DNA from: Longimicrobiales bacterium
GTDB taxonomy: Bacteria > Gemmatimonadota > Gemmatimonadetes > Longimicrobiales > Gaopeijiaceae
Assembly (NCBI GenBank): GCA_965116905.1
Contig: OZ220732.1
Location: 3,328,001-3,392,000 of the forward strand
Direction: 5' to 3'
DNA length: 64,000 bases
Under the pieces are notes generated by a model. It was not told the DNA's origin and ran no database searches. It saw only the letters and a program-made list of their open reading frames with translations. The translations under genes were made by a program, and so were the position numbers. Of the stretch, positions 10,619 to 21,465 are shown in pieces. The stretch's first letter is position 1; each line of letters starts with the position of its first letter.

Positions 10619-11635
10619 GTGATCATCGTCGCCAGGAAGGACATCACCGCGGATCAGATCGACCACATCCGCGAGCGTATCGAAGCCGTCGGGCTTCGCA
10701 CTCACATATCGATCGGCGAGAGCCGCACGATCATCGGCTGCATCGGCGACGAGGCGCGGCTGGCCAGCATGCCGCTGCTGTCGATTCCCGGGGTGCAGTC
10801 GGTGCACCCGGTCATGCGTCCCTACAAGCTGGCGGCCCGTGGCTTTTCCGCCGATCAGGCCACCAGGGTGCGAATCGGCGACAACAGCTTCGGAGGACCG
10901 AAGTGCCTGGTCGCGGCGGGGCCCTGCTCGGTCGAGGGGCGTCCGATGATGGTGGAGACGGGGAATGCCGTCGCCGGCTCGGGTGCCTCGCTGCTGCGCG
11001 GAGGCGCGTTCAAGCCCCGTACTTCGCCGTATTCCTTTGACGGACTCAAGGAGGAAGGCCTGCGCATCCTTGCGGAGGTCAGGTCCGAGACCGGGCTCCC
11101 CGTCGTTACGGAAGTGCTCGATCCGCGAGAGGCGGAACTGGTGGCCGGCTACGCCGACATGCTGCAGATCGGGGCGCGGAACATGCAGAACTTCTCCCTT
11201 CTCCGCGAGGTGGGACAGCTGCAGCGCCCCGTGTTGCTGAAGCGCGGCATGTCGGCGACGCTGAAGGACCTGCTGCTGGCGGCGGAGTACGTCATGAGCC
11301 GCGGCAACATGCAGGTCGTGCTGTGTGAGCGCGGCATCCGCACATTCGGGGCCGAGACGCGGAATACCTTCGACCTGGCCGCCATTCCGTGGTTGAAGAT
11401 GGAGACGCACCTCCCCGTCATCGCCGACCCGTCGCACGCCGGGGGACGCCGTGACCTGGTGGCTCCCCTGAGCTACGCGGCGCTTGCAGCCGGGGCCGAT
11501 GGACTCATCGTCGAGGTGCACCCCGATCCGGAAGCAGCCATGTCCGACGGGGACCAGTCACTGACCTTCGACGAGTTTGCGGACCTGATGGACGGTCTGA
11601 CGGTCTTCGCGGAGGCGGCGGGTAGGTCCTTGTAG
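10619..11635 (+). CDS. aroF: DAHP synthase type I-beta with N-terminal regulatory domain
   Basis: [35 protein letters not shown] and DPSHA. Confidence 0.93.
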   Translation: MIIVARKDITADQIDHIRERIEAVGLRTHISIGESRTIIGCIGDEARLASMPLLSIPGVQSVHPVMRPYKLAARGFSADQATRVRIGDNSFGGPKCLVAAGPCSVEGRPMMVETGNAVAGSGASLLRGGAFKPRTSPYSFDGLKEEGLRILAEVRSETGLPVVTEVLDPREAELVAGYADMLQIGARNMQNFSLLREVGQLQRPVLLKRGMSATLKDLLLAAEYVMSRGNMQVVLCERGIRTFGAETRNTFDLAAIPWLKMETHLPVIADPSHAGGRRDLVAPLSYAALAAGADGLIVEVHPDPEAAMSDGDQSLTFDEFADLMDGLTVFAEAAGRSL

Positions 11636-11693
11636 GGAAGGTCCCTGTGGCGCAGGGTCCCTCTAGCGCCCGATCCCTCTAGCGCCCGGTCCC
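11625..11693. repeat. ~4 x 16-bp degenerate tandem repeat beginning at the aroF stop codon
   Basis: ggtccttgtagggaa / gtccctgtggcgcagg / gtccctctagcgcccg / atccctctagcgcccg. Confidence 0.65.
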
Positions 11694-11703
11694 GGAGGCC
11701 TGG

Positions 11704-13092
11704 TCAGGCCCGCGCCAGAGCCTCGGCCAGCGCCTCCAGCTGGGCCTGCATCGCGGCCTCGGAGGTGCCTCCGCGCACGGTCCGCGATTCCACCGAGGCG
11801 ACCGGATCGAAGACCGCGAATACGTCCTCCTCGAACGCGGGGTGAACCGCGGTCATCTCCTCCAGGGTGAGGTCGCCCAGTCCCCTGCCCGCGCCCTCCG
11901 CCACGCGTACCAGTTCGCCCACCACGTGATGTGCCTCCCGGAAGGGCACCTCGCGCCGCACGAGGTAGTCGGCAAGGTCCGTGGCATGGAGTTCGGCACG
12001 GAGCGCCCCGCCCATCCGGCGCGGGTTCAGCGTCATGCCGGCCACCGCACCCCTCACGGCCGGCAGGACGACGGCCAGCGTATCCACCGAGTCGAAGACG
12101 GCCTCCTTGTCCTCCTGCAGGTCCCGGTTGTATCCGGTCGGCAGGCCCTTCAGCACGGTCAGCGTGGCCATCAGGTTGCCGACGAGGCGACCCGACTTGC
12201 CCCGCGTCAGCTCGGCCACGTCCGGATTCCGCTTTTGCGGCATCAGCGACGACCCCGTCGTGAAGCCGTCTCCCAGCCGCACATACCCGAACTCGCTGCT
12301 GGAGAACAGGACGAGGTCTTCGGCCAGCTGGGACAGGTGCACGCCGGTCATGGCCCCTCCGAAGAGCAGCCGGGCGGCCCAGTCGCGGTCCGACACGCTG
12401 TCCATGGAGTTTTCCGAGACCCGGCTGAAGCCGAGATCGGCCGCCAGGGCACCGCGATCGACATCGAAGGGGCAACCGGCGATGGCGCCCGAGCCCAGCG
12501 GAAGGACATCGCACTCCCTGCGCACGGCACCCAGGTGCTCCATGTCGCGGACCAGGGGCCACGCCCTGGACAACAGCCAGTGTCCCGCGGGAACCGGCTG
12601 GGCCTGCTGCATGTGGGTGTAGCCCGGCATCACGATGTCCGAGTTGTCCCGCGCCCGGTCCGCGATCGTGACAATCAGCGAGGACAGGTGCCCGCGCAGC
12701 AGGTCGATCGCCTCCTTGCCCCACAGCCTGAAGTCGGTGGCGACCTGGTCGTTTCGGGATCGGCCCGTGTGCAGCTTGCCGCCAACCGACCCGATCCTCT
12801 CGGTCAACAGGCGCTCAACGACCGTGTGGATGTCCTCGTCGGCAAAGCGCGACGGCCCGCCGGCCGCCTTCAGCTCCTCCGCGACCTCCACGAGACCACG
12901 ATCGATCTCGGCAGCCTCGGCGGAAGAGAGCAGTCCCGCACGTTCAAGTCCGCGCGCCCACGCCCGGCTTCCCCGGACATCTTGACGCCAGAGGCGCCAA
13001 TCCGTGTCGAGTGAGCGGTTGAGGGCCTCCATGTCGGGCGCCAGCCCGTCGTCGAAACGCCCTCCCCAGAGCGCGTGGCCCGAGCCCTCCAC
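11704..13092 (-). CDS. argH: Argininosuccinate lyase
   Basis: LWGGRF, EDIH, HTGRSRNDQ, PGYTHMQQAQP and GSSLMPQKRNPD. Confidence 0.96.
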   Translation of the reverse strand: MEGSGHALWGGRFDDGLAPDMEALNRSLDTDWRLWRQDVRGSRAWARGLERAGLLSSAEAAEIDRGLVEVAEELKAAGGPSRFADEDIHTVVERLLTERIGSVGGKLHTGRSRNDQVATDFRLWGKEAIDLLRGHLSSLIVTIADRARDNSDIVMPGYTHMQQAQPVPAGHWLLSRAWPLVRDMEHLGAVRRECDVLPLGSGAIAGCPFDVDRGALAADLGFSRVSENSMDSVSDRDWAARLLFGGAMTGVHLSQLAEDLVLFSSSEFGYVRLGDGFTTGSSLMPQKRNPDVAELTRGKSGRLVGNLMATLTVLKGLPTGYNRDLQEDKEAVFDSVDTLAVVLPAVRGAVAGMTLNPRRMGGALRAELHATDLADYLVRREVPFREAHHVVGELVRVAEGAGRGLGDLTLEEMTAVHPAFEEDVFAVFDPVASVESRTVRGGTSEAAMQAQLEALAEALARA

Positions 13093-13116
13093 GGTGACAG
13101 GTGGCCAGGTGGCCGG

Positions 13117-14418
13117 TCAGCCGTCCCTGGTGTGGACCAGGCCGGCGGCTTTCGGCGGCCTGCCATTCCGTCCGGCCGATTCCGGTGCGACCGATTCCGG
13201 TGCCGTGTCCACGGCGCCGTCCGCGACCGCGATCCTCTGGGCGGCAACGGCGCGCTGAGGCAGGCTGAAGAGCTTCAGGAAGCCCGAGGAGTCGCTGTGG
13301 GCATAGCCCTCGCTGGCGCCGAAGGACGCGAGATCGAGGTCGTAGAGGGACGCGGGCGCACTGCGCGACAGCACAGTCGCCTGTCCCTTGAACAGGCGCA
13401 GCCGGACCGTCCCCGTCACGTTGGCCATCAGCGAATCGACCATCGCGTTGAGGGCTTCGCGCTCGGGGGTCCACCACCGTCCCTCGTAGACCAGGTCGGC
13501 GTAGCGCGGGGCAAGCTGGTCCTTGAGTCCCAGGCACTGCCGCGAGAGCACCAGCTGCTCGAGTTCCTGGATTGCGGTGAGAAGGATCGTGCCGCCCGGC
13601 GTCTCGTACACGCCGCGCGACTTGATTCCGACCACGCGATCCTCGATCACGTCCGCTCGTCCCACACCGTGCTCCGCCCCGGCCGCGTTGAGTGCCTCCA
13701 GCAGGGCCAGCGGCGACAGCGCCTCCCCGTCGACCGTCACCGGGATGCCCTTCTCGAAGCCGACCTCCACCTCGAGCGCGACGTCGGGCGCCAGGGAGGG
13801 ATCACGCGTCCACAGGAAGACATCGTCGCCGGGAGCGTTCGCGGGATCCTCCAGCGGCCCGCCCTCGTGGCTTATGTGCCACAGGTTCTCGTCGCGCGAG
13901 TAGAGCTTCTCCTCGTCGATGCCCTCGAGCGAGATCCCCCTCTTTTCCGCATAGGAGAAGGCGTCTTCGCGCGAGCCGATGTCCCACTCCCGCCAGGGAG
14001 CGATCACCTGCAGGTCGGGCGCCAGGGCGGCGAAGGACAGCTCGAAGCGCAACTGGTCGTTGCCCTTGCCGGTGCATCCGTGCGCCAGGGAGTGAGCCCC
14101 CGTCTTGCGAGCGATCTCGACCATGCGACGCGAGATCAGCGGGCGTGCCATGGCGGTGCCGAGCAGGTACTTCCGGCTGTACACCGCGCCTGCCCGCAGG
14201 ACCGGGAACACGTATTCGGAGACGAACTCCTCGCGAAGGTCCTCGCCGAAAAAGGCCGAGGCCCCGGTCGCAAAGGCCTTTCCGGCCAGCATTCCGACGC
14301 CGCCCCGCTGCCCCACGTCCGCGGCCATGCATATGACGTCGGCCCCGTAGTTCTCGCGCAGCCACGGCACGATGACCGAAGTGTCGAGGCCTCCCGAGTA
14401 TCCCAGCACCACTTTCAT
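13117..14418 (-). CDS. argG: Argininosuccinate synthase
   Basis: YSGGLDTS, HGCTGKGNDQ, YSRDENLWH and GIKSRGVYETP. Confidence 0.96.
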   Translation of the reverse strand: MKVVLGYSGGLDTSVIVPWLRENYGADVICMAADVGQRGGVGMLAGKAFATGASAFFGEDLREEFVSEYVFPVLRAGAVYSRKYLLGTAMARPLISRRMVEIARKTGAHSLAHGCTGKGNDQLRFELSFAALAPDLQVIAPWREWDIGSREDAFSYAEKRGISLEGIDEEKLYSRDENLWHISHEGGPLEDPANAPGDDVFLWTRDPSLAPDVALEVEVGFEKGIPVTVDGEALSPLALLEALNAAGAEHGVGRADVIEDRVVGIKSRGVYETPGGTILLTAIQELEQLVLSRQCLGLKDQLAPRYADLVYEGRWWTPEREALNAMVDSLMANVTGTVRLRLFKGQATVLSRSAPASLYDLDLASFGASEGYAHSDSSGFLKLFSLPQRAVAAQRIAVADGAVDTAPESVAPESAGRNGRPPKAAGLVHTRDG

Positions 14419-14536
14419 GATTCGCTTCCCCCGGCGGTTGGGGGGCCGGAGCCACAGGGGGCGTACGTCTCCCGCCAAGGCCGTACGACATCCATCACCC
14501 TGTGCTCCGGACCCACCCGCGGTTCCCGCCGTGTGT

Positions 14537-14575
14537 GAAGAAAAAAAATACAGCTATTATGAATGAATATGCATT
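14537..14575. promoter_or_regulatory. ArgR operator (ARG box, with degenerate second box)
   Basis: TATGAATGAATATGCATT (14558-14575) matches WNTGAAT-N4-ATT/GCANW. A degenerate 18-mer ending ATACAGC lies 3 bp away (14537-14554). Located between argR and argG. TTGACT on the minus strand at 14587-14592 is a candidate -35. Confidence 0.8.
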
Positions 14576-14628
14576 TCGTCGTTGGAAGTCAACAGGTTGG
14601 AGGCGTCGGGAGTCCGGCTCGCGTCCGC

Positions 14629-15090
14629 TTACCGGGCGTCCGCCAGCTGGCTGAGAATCTCCACGACGCTCCGGGCGGACGCGTCGTCACGCAGAATGAT
14701 CAGCACCGTGTCGTCCCCGGCGATGGTCCCCGCGAGCCCCTCGAACTCCTCCCAATCGATTCCGGACGCGACCGTCTGCGCCCCGCCGCTCAGGGTTCGC
14801 ACGACGATGAAGTTGCCCACCGCCTCCGCGGACACGAAGAGCGCCGGGAGAATCGAGTCGAGGGGCGGTACGTGGTCCCACTCCTCGGGCACCGTGTAGT
14901 GGGGCTTGCCGTCCGCCGCCTGAACCTTGACCAGGCGCAGGTCCCGGATGTCGCGCGAAAGCGTGGCCTGGGCCACCCGGAACCCCTGCGCGGCCAGGAG
15001 CTTGCGCAACGCCTCCTGATGAGGCACACGCGTGTGTCGGATGATCTCGAGCAGCCTGGCCTGCCGCTCGCGCTTCCCTCCGGACGTCAC
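14629..15090 (-). CDS. argR: Arginine repressor
   Basis: QATLSRDIRDL helix-turn-helix and GTIAGDDT arginine-binding motif. Confidence 0.95.
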   Translation of the reverse strand: MTSGGKRERQARLLEIIRHTRVPHQEALRKLLAAQGFRVAQATLSRDIRDLRLVKVQAADGKPHYTVPEEWDHVPPLDSILPALFVSAEAVGNFIVVRTLSGGAQTVASGIDWEEFEGLAGTIAGDDTVLIILRDDASARSVVEILSQLADAR

Positions 15091-15130
15091 GGCGGCGTCC
15101 GGCCGTCACGGTCCATGGCCCGCCCGGCGA

Positions 15131-17875
15131 TCAGAAGTCGTACCTGACCCGCGCCAGCAGCATTCTGCCGATCTCGGGGGCGCCCACAAACTCCTGGTGC
15201 AGATTGTTCAGCAGGTTGTTGGCCGTCAGCGAAACGTGCGTGCCGGGCTGGAACGGAAGCCTGTACCCGACCGACGCGTCCAGGACGCTGTACCCCTCCA
15301 CATTCCCGATGTACACGCCCGAGTTCATCGGAAACGCGGTGGACATCCGCATCCGCCCGCCGAAGGTGAATCCCGAGGTCTGGTCGTCGAAGACGAACCC
15401 GACGGACCCCTTGTGGCTCGGGGCGTTCAGCGCGATGTCGTCCGACGTGGTGCAGTTGCCGTCCTCATTGAAGTCGAAGCACTCATCGCTCTGGAACGAG
15501 TAGCCGGCGTTGATCCTCAGGCGGTCGGAGGCCAGGATCTGGGCGGAAAGGTCCGTTCCCCAGAAGTCGACCTCGCCGAAGTTGCGGTACGTCACCAGCA
15601 GATCGGACGAATCCACCTGGTCCGGCACGATGGTGCCGAGCGGGAGCTGAGCCACCCCCTCGACGATCGGTCTGAGCTGCTCCAAAGTCACGATGCCGGC
15701 CTGGATCAGCGGCGCCAGCCGGTGAACGACGAAGGCGGTGGTGCTCTCGGGGTCGAAGAAGACGTTCGGGGTCACGACCCGGAGCGGGCCGACGAAGTTC
15801 TCCACCCGGCTGAAATACACGTCGGCGGCCAGTAGCACGCGGTCGTTGATCAGGCCCTTGTACCCGACCTCGTAGGTGTTGTTGATCGTCGACGTGAGGT
15901 CGGCGATGGTCTCCACGGGCGAGGAGTCGAGCGGGAACGCGTCCGCCGGATCGATGGCGGCCTGGTTCAGCCGGCGGAGCACCGTGCCGATCATGGGATC
16001 ACCCGGCAGCGCGCCCGGACTCTGCAGAAGATTCTTCAGAAGGTCGGCGAAGGGCACGAAACTGGCGGGGAGGATCGCCGGCAGCATGTCGAGGAGCCCG
16101 GGCCACAGCGCCGCTGCGTTCGCGGGAAGGGGCTGGCCCGGCGCGAAGGGCGAGCGCATGCAGTAGGACATGAGCCCGCCGGGGCACTGGGCGCTGAAGG
16201 TGAAGCCGCCGGAGGGCACGCCCAGGGCGCGGATGTTGTAGGTGATGGGCAGCGGGGAAAGCGGAATCTGCGCGGCGATGATGTCCAGGAAGAGATTGGT
16301 TGTGGTCGGCGTCGCGAACGCCCGGTTGTAGGTGAAGCGGAAGTTCTGCTCGTCCGTGGGCCGGAACACGAGTGCGGCGCGCGGCGAGATGTTGACGTCC
16401 GTGAGCCGGTTGTGGTCGTCCAGGCGGATGGCCGCGACCAGGTCGATCCGGTCGCCGAGCGACGTCTCCGAGTGCAGGTAGGTCCCGACTTCGGAGATCA
16501 TGTCGTCGTTCTCGTTGCGCCCGAAGATCGTGCCGCCGGTGCGCGGGTCGGTCCGCTGCCAGTCGACGCCGTAGGTGAAGCTCTGCCAGGACCCGATGTC
16601 GAAGCCGTACTGGAACTGCGCCGCCATGGTGCGCGACTGGTCCACGACCGCGGCGCCGGTGCGGAGGCCGTAGGTGCCCTCCTGGACCGGCGCGTTGGGA
16701 TCGCCCCCGGAATCGGTCATGTTGAGGAAGGCCTGGGCGAAGAGCCGGCCCTTCGACAGGCGCGCCTGCGCGAAGTTGTACGCCCAGTTCTTCACCTGGA
16801 AGGCCCCGATGCCGGTCATGTCCACGCCACTGGCCAGGACGCTGGTCCCGCCGTTGACGATGAAGGACCCGTCGCCGGCGAATCGGAAGTCGAGACGGGC
16901 GTCGGCCGAGTAGCGCTCGGAGTCGTAGCTCCGGGTGCAGATGCTGCATCCCGCCATGCGCGCCTGCGCCTCGCCGGGATCGTCGTATTCCCAGTCGTTC
17001 CCGCGCTGGTACTGGCCGGAGATCTTCAACCCGAAGTTCTCGGAGGGGGAGTGGGACGAGCGAAACTGGCCGTGGAACAACGAGCGCTCGCCGCCGGCCA
17101 GCGAGATCGTCGTCCCCTGCCGGTCGATCGGCGAGGACGTGATGATATGCATCACCCCGTTCGAGGCATTGGGTCCGTAGAGCGCGGCCCCGGGACCCAG
17201 CGAGACTTCGATCCGGTCGATGTCCAGGTCGGTCGTGGGAAACATCTGGTACGCGTTGAATCTCAGCGACGGAACACGCGCGTACCGGTTGTCGATGATC
17301 GTCAGCAGCGATCCGGAGAAGACGTTGTTGAAGCCGCGCGCCACCACGGTTCCCTGGGCGATGCCCGTCTGGACCGCGTCCACCCCCGGAAGCGTCTTGA
17401 CATGCTCGGCCACCGTGACCGCCGCGACCCTCGCCACGTCGGCCTCGGAGACCGTCGCGATCGAGGCGGGCGCGTCGAGCGCTTTCTCCTGGCGGCGCGA
17501 GGCCGTAACGACCACGGGGTTCAGCAACAGCGCCTGGGAGCGGATCGGGATGTCCACGTTCGCGGTTGCCCCGGCCGCCACCTGGACACCGTCCATCCGC
17601 GTGGTCTCGTAGCCGATCACGGTCACCACGACGGAGTGCGTACCCGCCGCGACCGTGAGGCTGAACCGGCCTTCCGCATTGCTGGCGACCGGTCCGGCCG
17701 CACCCAGCGCCTCCACCGCCGCGTCCGCGATGGGTGCACCCGTTTCGATGTCCGTCACCTGGCCGGTGATTGTACCCTGTTGAGCCTCGGCGCCCGCAGG
17801 AAAGAGCATCGGAGCAGTGACCAAGACAGCAGATGCGACAAAAACGAGACCTTCAAACCGTGATCGGATTCTCAT
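15131..17875 (-). CDS. TonB-dependent receptor with N-terminal carboxypeptidase-regulatory-like domain
   Basis: Signal peptide, VVVTASR TonB box region, plug DIDRIEV..GPGAALYG, and C-terminal VRYDF. Confidence 0.92.
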   Translation of the reverse strand: MRIRSRFEGLVFVASAVLVTAPMLFPAGAEAQQGTITGQVTDIETGAPIADAAVEALGAAGPVASNAEGRFSLTVAAGTHSVVVTVIGYETTRMDGVQVAAGATANVDIPIRSQALLLNPVVVTASRRQEKALDAPASIATVSEADVARVAAVTVAEHVKTLPGVDAVQTGIAQGTVVARGFNNVFSGSLLTIIDNRYARVPSLRFNAYQMFPTTDLDIDRIEVSLGPGAALYGPNASNGVMHIITSSPIDRQGTTISLAGGERSLFHGQFRSSHSPSENFGLKISGQYQRGNDWEYDDPGEAQARMAGCSICTRSYDSERYSADARLDFRFAGDGSFIVNGGTSVLASGVDMTGIGAFQVKNWAYNFAQARLSKGRLFAQAFLNMTDSGGDPNAPVQEGTYGLRTGAAVVDQSRTMAAQFQYGFDIGSWQSFTYGVDWQRTDPRTGGTIFGRNENDDMISEVGTYLHSETSLGDRIDLVAAIRLDDHNRLTDVNISPRAALVFRPTDEQNFRFTYNRAFATPTTTNLFLDIIAAQIPLSPLPITYNIRALGVPSGGFTFSAQCPGGLMSYCMRSPFAPGQPLPANAAALWPGLLDMLPAILPASFVPFADLLKNLLQSPGALPGDPMIGTVLRRLNQAAIDPADAFPLDSSPVETIADLTSTINNTYEVGYKGLINDRVLLAADVYFSRVENFVGPLRVVTPNVFFDPESTTAFVVHRLAPLIQAGIVTLEQLRPIVEGVAQLPLGTIVPDQVDSSDLLVTYRNFGEVDFWGTDLSAQILASDRLRINAGYSFQSDECFDFNEDGNCTTSDDIALNAPSHKGSVGFVFDDQTSGFTFGGRMRMSTAFPMNSGVYIGNVEGYSVLDASVGYRLPFQPGTHVSLTANNLLNNLHQEFVGAPEIGRMLLARVRYDF

Positions 17876-18041
17876 GGGGATCAATCCTCGTGTTCGGGGT
17901 CGCTTGCGGCGGATCCGCCACCCGGCATTCGGTCGCCCCGGCCCAAATGGGTGCCTTGGCCCGAGGCGCTGTCTGGCCCAAACTACGAACTTGCGGAGGC
18001 AAAGACAAACGCCGGTGGCGTACGAGCCCGGGAGACAGCGC

Positions 18042-19037
18042 ATGAAGGTCTGGCTTGACGAGAAGGACTTCGAAAACGCCAGACAGCGTGTGGCGCCGGT
18101 GCTTCACCGCACGCCGCTTTTGTCGTTTCGCACGCTGGGCGACAGGATCGGCGCTCCCGTGTGGCTGAAGTGCGAAAGCCTGCAGAGGACGGGGTCGTTC
18201 AAGGTTCGTGGCGCGCTCAACTCCATCGCCTGTCTCGGCGACGGGGAGCGGGGGCGCGGGGTGGTGACGATTTCGGCCGGGAATCATGCGCAGGCCGTGG
18301 CGTGGGCGGCCGCACGAACCGCCACCCGCGCGGTCGTGGTGATGCCGGAGCAGGCGTCGCCCACCAAGGTGGCGGCAACCCGGGGCTACGGTGCCGAGGT
18401 CGTGCTGCACGGGACGGCGGCCGACGCCTTTCGCGAGGCGCGGCGTCTGGCCGAGCAGGACGGGCTGACATTCCTGCACCCCTTCGACTCGGCGGCGGTG
18501 ATCTCCGGGCACGGCTCGACCGGTCTCGAGATCGACGAGGATCTGCCCGGCCGCAAGACCATCGTGGTGCCGGTGGGCGGCGGGGGGCAGATCGCGGGGA
18601 TCGCCGGGGCGCTGGCCGCCGCGGGCCGGGTGGCGCGGCATGGGGCGGCGGTGGGCATCGTGGGTGTGGAACCCGAGGGAGCTCCATCGATGCGCCGGAG
18701 TCTCGATCAGGGGGGCGCCGCGCGTCTGGACGGCACGGACACGATCGCGGACGGACTGGCGCCTCCCATGGCCGGACAGCTGAACTATCGGTACGTCGCC
18801 GAATTCGCCGAGGACGTGGTGCTGGTCTCCGATGCCGAGATTCTCGCCGCCATGCGCCTGCTGCTGACCCGGGCCAAGCTGGTGGTCGAACCCTCCGGAG
18901 CGGCGGCGGTGGCCGCGCTGATGTACGGGCGCGTGCCGTTCGAGCCCGGTCGGCCCGTCGTCGCACTGGTCACGGGCGGCAACCTGGACGACGACCTGCT
19001 CGTGCGGGCCCTGCGCGAGGGGGCGGCGTGGCCCTGA
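18042..19037 (+). CDS. PLP-dependent threonine/serine dehydratase family (no ACT domain)
   Basis: KCESLQRTGSFKVRGA, SAGNHAQ, PVGGGG and VEPSGAA. Confidence 0.9.
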   Translation: MKVWLDEKDFENARQRVAPVLHRTPLLSFRTLGDRIGAPVWLKCESLQRTGSFKVRGALNSIACLGDGERGRGVVTISAGNHAQAVAWAAARTATRAVVVMPEQASPTKVAATRGYGAEVVLHGTAADAFREARRLAEQDGLTFLHPFDSAAVISGHGSTGLEIDEDLPGRKTIVVPVGGGGQIAGIAGALAAAGRVARHGAAVGIVGVEPEGAPSMRRSLDQGGAARLDGTDTIADGLAPPMAGQLNYRYVAEFAEDVVLVSDAEILAAMRLLLTRAKLVVEPSGAAAVAALMYGRVPFEPGRPVVALVTGGNLDDDLLVRALREGAAWP

Positions 19038-19756
19038 TTCGCATAGACCGCGCGGTCAAGCGGTACGGCGACGTGCTGGCGCTGAACGACGTGACCCTCC
19101 GAGTGGACCGGGGCGCCTGCCTGGCCCTGGTCGGCGAGAGCGGCTCCGGGAAGACGACGCTCCTGCGGACCATCAATCGCCTGACCGAGCTGGACAGCGG
19201 CCGCGTCACCGTTCGCGGCCGAACCGTCGACGCCGTGGATCCGGTGCGCCTGAGGCGTTCGATCGGGTACGTGCAGCAGGACGGCGGACTGATTCCGCAC
19301 TGGACGTGCCTGGACAACGCGGGACTGGTCCCCGCGCTTCTCGGCCACAACGACCCGTCCGAGCGCGGGCGCGATGCACTGCGCGCCGTCGGGCTGGATC
19401 CGGCCGTCTTTGGTGGCCGATATCCCCGCGAGCTGTCGGGTGGTCAGCGGCAGCGCGTCGCCATCGCGCGGGCGATGGCGGCCGATCCCGACATACTGCT
19501 CATGGACGAGCCGTTCGGGGCACTCGACGCGATTACCCGCAACGAGGCGCAGGAGTCGTTCGCCGCGCTGCGCGAGTCCGCCGGTGTCACCGCGGTCTTC
19601 GTTACGCACGATCTGCGGGAGGCGCTGCGCGTGGCGACACGGGTGGCCGTGATGCGCGCGGGCGAGGTCGTCATGGAGTCGGCGGCCGGCGAGGTCGTAC
19701 AGGACGCGACGGGCTACGCGGCCGAACTTCTCGAGAAATCCGGAGTCGCGCAGTGA
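19028..19756 (+). CDS. Osmoprotectant-type ABC transporter ATP-binding protein (OpuCA/ProV-like)
   Basis: GESGSGKTT, LRRSIGYVQQ, LSGGQRQR and LMDEPFGALD. Confidence 0.9.
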   Translation: MALIRIDRAVKRYGDVLALNDVTLRVDRGACLALVGESGSGKTTLLRTINRLTELDSGRVTVRGRTVDAVDPVRLRRSIGYVQQDGGLIPHWTCLDNAGLVPALLGHNDPSERGRDALRAVGLDPAVFGGRYPRELSGGQRQRVAIARAMAADPDILLMDEPFGALDAITRNEAQESFAALRESAGVTAVFVTHDLREALRVATRVAVMRAGEVVMESAAGEVVQDATGYAAELLEKSGVAQ

Positions 19757-21438
19757 CCGGGCGTCGGGGGCGGGCGGGCCTGGTGCTGCCGTTTTTCGCG
19801 CTGTGGGCGCTTTTGGCCGCGGGGGCCCGTGCGGACGCGCAGACGGCATCGGTCTCGGGGGACCACGCGGGCACGCAGACGGCACCGGCCGCGGGGAGCC
19901 AGGCGGGCGCGCAGACGGCACCGATCGTCGTCGCGTCCAAACCGTTCGCCGAGAGCTACCTGCTCGCCGAGGCGTTCGCGCAGGTGCTCGAGTCGCACGG
20001 GCATGCGGTCGACCGGCGACCGGGATTCGCGTCTACCGAACTGGTGTTCCAGGCCCTGTTGCGCGGCGACGTGGACGTCTACCCCGAATACACGGGCACC
20101 GGGCTCGCGGCGATCCTCGGAGAAACCGCGGCCGGAAGCCCGGCAGAGGTGTTCCGCAGGGTCAGCGACGCGTTCCTGGAGCGCTGGGGTGTGCGCTGGC
20201 TGCCCCCGCTGGGCTTCGAGAACACATACGCGATCGCCATGCGCAGGGCGGCGGCGGACTCCCTGAGTCTGCGTACGTTGACCGGGCTGGCAGACGCTGC
20301 GCCGGGGCTCGCCGGCGGCTTCTCGCCGGACTTCATGGGCCGCGCCGACGGACTCGACGGACTCACCGCCGCGTACGGGATCGAATTCCGGGAAACGCGC
20401 AGCCTCCTGCAGGCGGTCAAGTACCAGGCGCTCGCCGAGGGCGCGGTCGACGTGATCGATGCGTACTCGACGGACGGCGCGATCTCGCGCTACGACCTCA
20501 CCGTGTTGGCCGACGATCGCCGCTTCTTCCCCCCGTACGACGCGGCCCCGCTCGTGGGCCGTGCCTTCTACGACGAGCGCCCGGAGGCGGTCCTCGCGCT
20601 GGCACGCATGGCCGGGCGGGTCGATGTCGAGGCCGTGCGGCGCGCGAACGAGCGCATCGAGGTCGAGGGCGTGCCGGTCGACGAGGCGGCGGCCCTGCTC
20701 CTGGTGGACATCGGGCTGGCGGAGGGGGTTCGGGAGGAGGTTGGGGATGAGGTTGGGGATGCCGGGAGCCGGCCGGTGCGCGACGCCGACCGGGGCGTCC
20801 TGCTCGCCCTGCCCGCGTACATGTGGAACGAGCGCACGGAGCTTGCAAGACAGATCGGCCGCCACCTCCTGCTGGTTCTGGCTTCGCTGGGCGCGGCGAT
20901 CCTGGCCGCACTGCCCGCCGGAGTCGCACTGGAACGGCGGCGTTCGATCGCGGAGGGCGTCATTCGCGCCGCGGGTCTGCTCCAGACCATCCCCGGGATC
21001 GCCCTCCTCGCCTTCATGATCCCCGTGTTCGGGATCGGCGCGGCGCCGGCGGTCGTGGCGCTCTTCCTCTATTCGCTCCTGCCGATCCTTCGCAACACCT
21101 ACACGGGCATCGTCGAAGCCGCGCCCGACGCGGTCTCGGCGGGCCGGGCGCTGGGAATGACCGAGGTGCAACTCCTTACCCGCATCCGAATGCCCCTGGC
21201 GGCGCCGGTGATCATGGCCGGCGTCCGCACGGCGGCCGTCATCAACGTCGGGACCGCGACGCTGGCCGCCTTCATCGGCGCGGGCGGGCTCGGCGACCCC
21301 ATCGTGGCCGGGCTCGCGCTCTCCGACCCGGTGATGATTCTGTCCGGCGCCGTGCCGGCGGCGATCCTCGCCATGTTCGTGGACTGGGGTCTTGCCCGTG
21401 CGGAGTCCGTGGTGGCGCCGCCCGGCATCAGGTCCTAG
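19753..21438 (+). CDS. Osmoprotectant-type ABC transporter, fused substrate-binding (N) and permease (C) protein
   Basis: YPEYTGT, LGFENTYA and FFPPY binding-protein motifs, then QTIPGIALL, LPILRNTYTG and FIGAGGLG permease motifs. Confidence 0.9.
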   Translation: MTGRRGRAGLVLPFFALWALLAAGARADAQTASVSGDHAGTQTAPAAGSQAGAQTAPIVVASKPFAESYLLAEAFAQVLESHGHAVDRRPGFASTELVFQALLRGDVDVYPEYTGTGLAAILGETAAGSPAEVFRRVSDAFLERWGVRWLPPLGFENTYAIAMRRAAADSLSLRTLTGLADAAPGLAGGFSPDFMGRADGLDGLTAAYGIEFRETRSLLQAVKYQALAEGAVDVIDAYSTDGAISRYDLTVLADDRRFFPPYDAAPLVGRAFYDERPEAVLALARMAGRVDVEAVRRANERIEVEGVPVDEAAALLLVDIGLAEGVREEVGDEVGDAGSRPVRDADRGVLLALPAYMWNERTELARQIGRHLLLVLASLGAAILAALPAGVALERRRSIAEGVIRAAGLLQTIPGIALLAFMIPVFGIGAAPAVVALFLYSLLPILRNTYTGIVEAAPDAVSAGRALGMTEVQLLTRIRMPLAAPVIMAGVRTAAVINVGTATLAAFIGAGGLGDPIVAGLALSDPVMILSGAVPAAILAMFVDWGLARAESVVAPPGIRS

Positions 21439-21465
21439 CTTGACCGCCAGCTCCAACCAGCGGAG

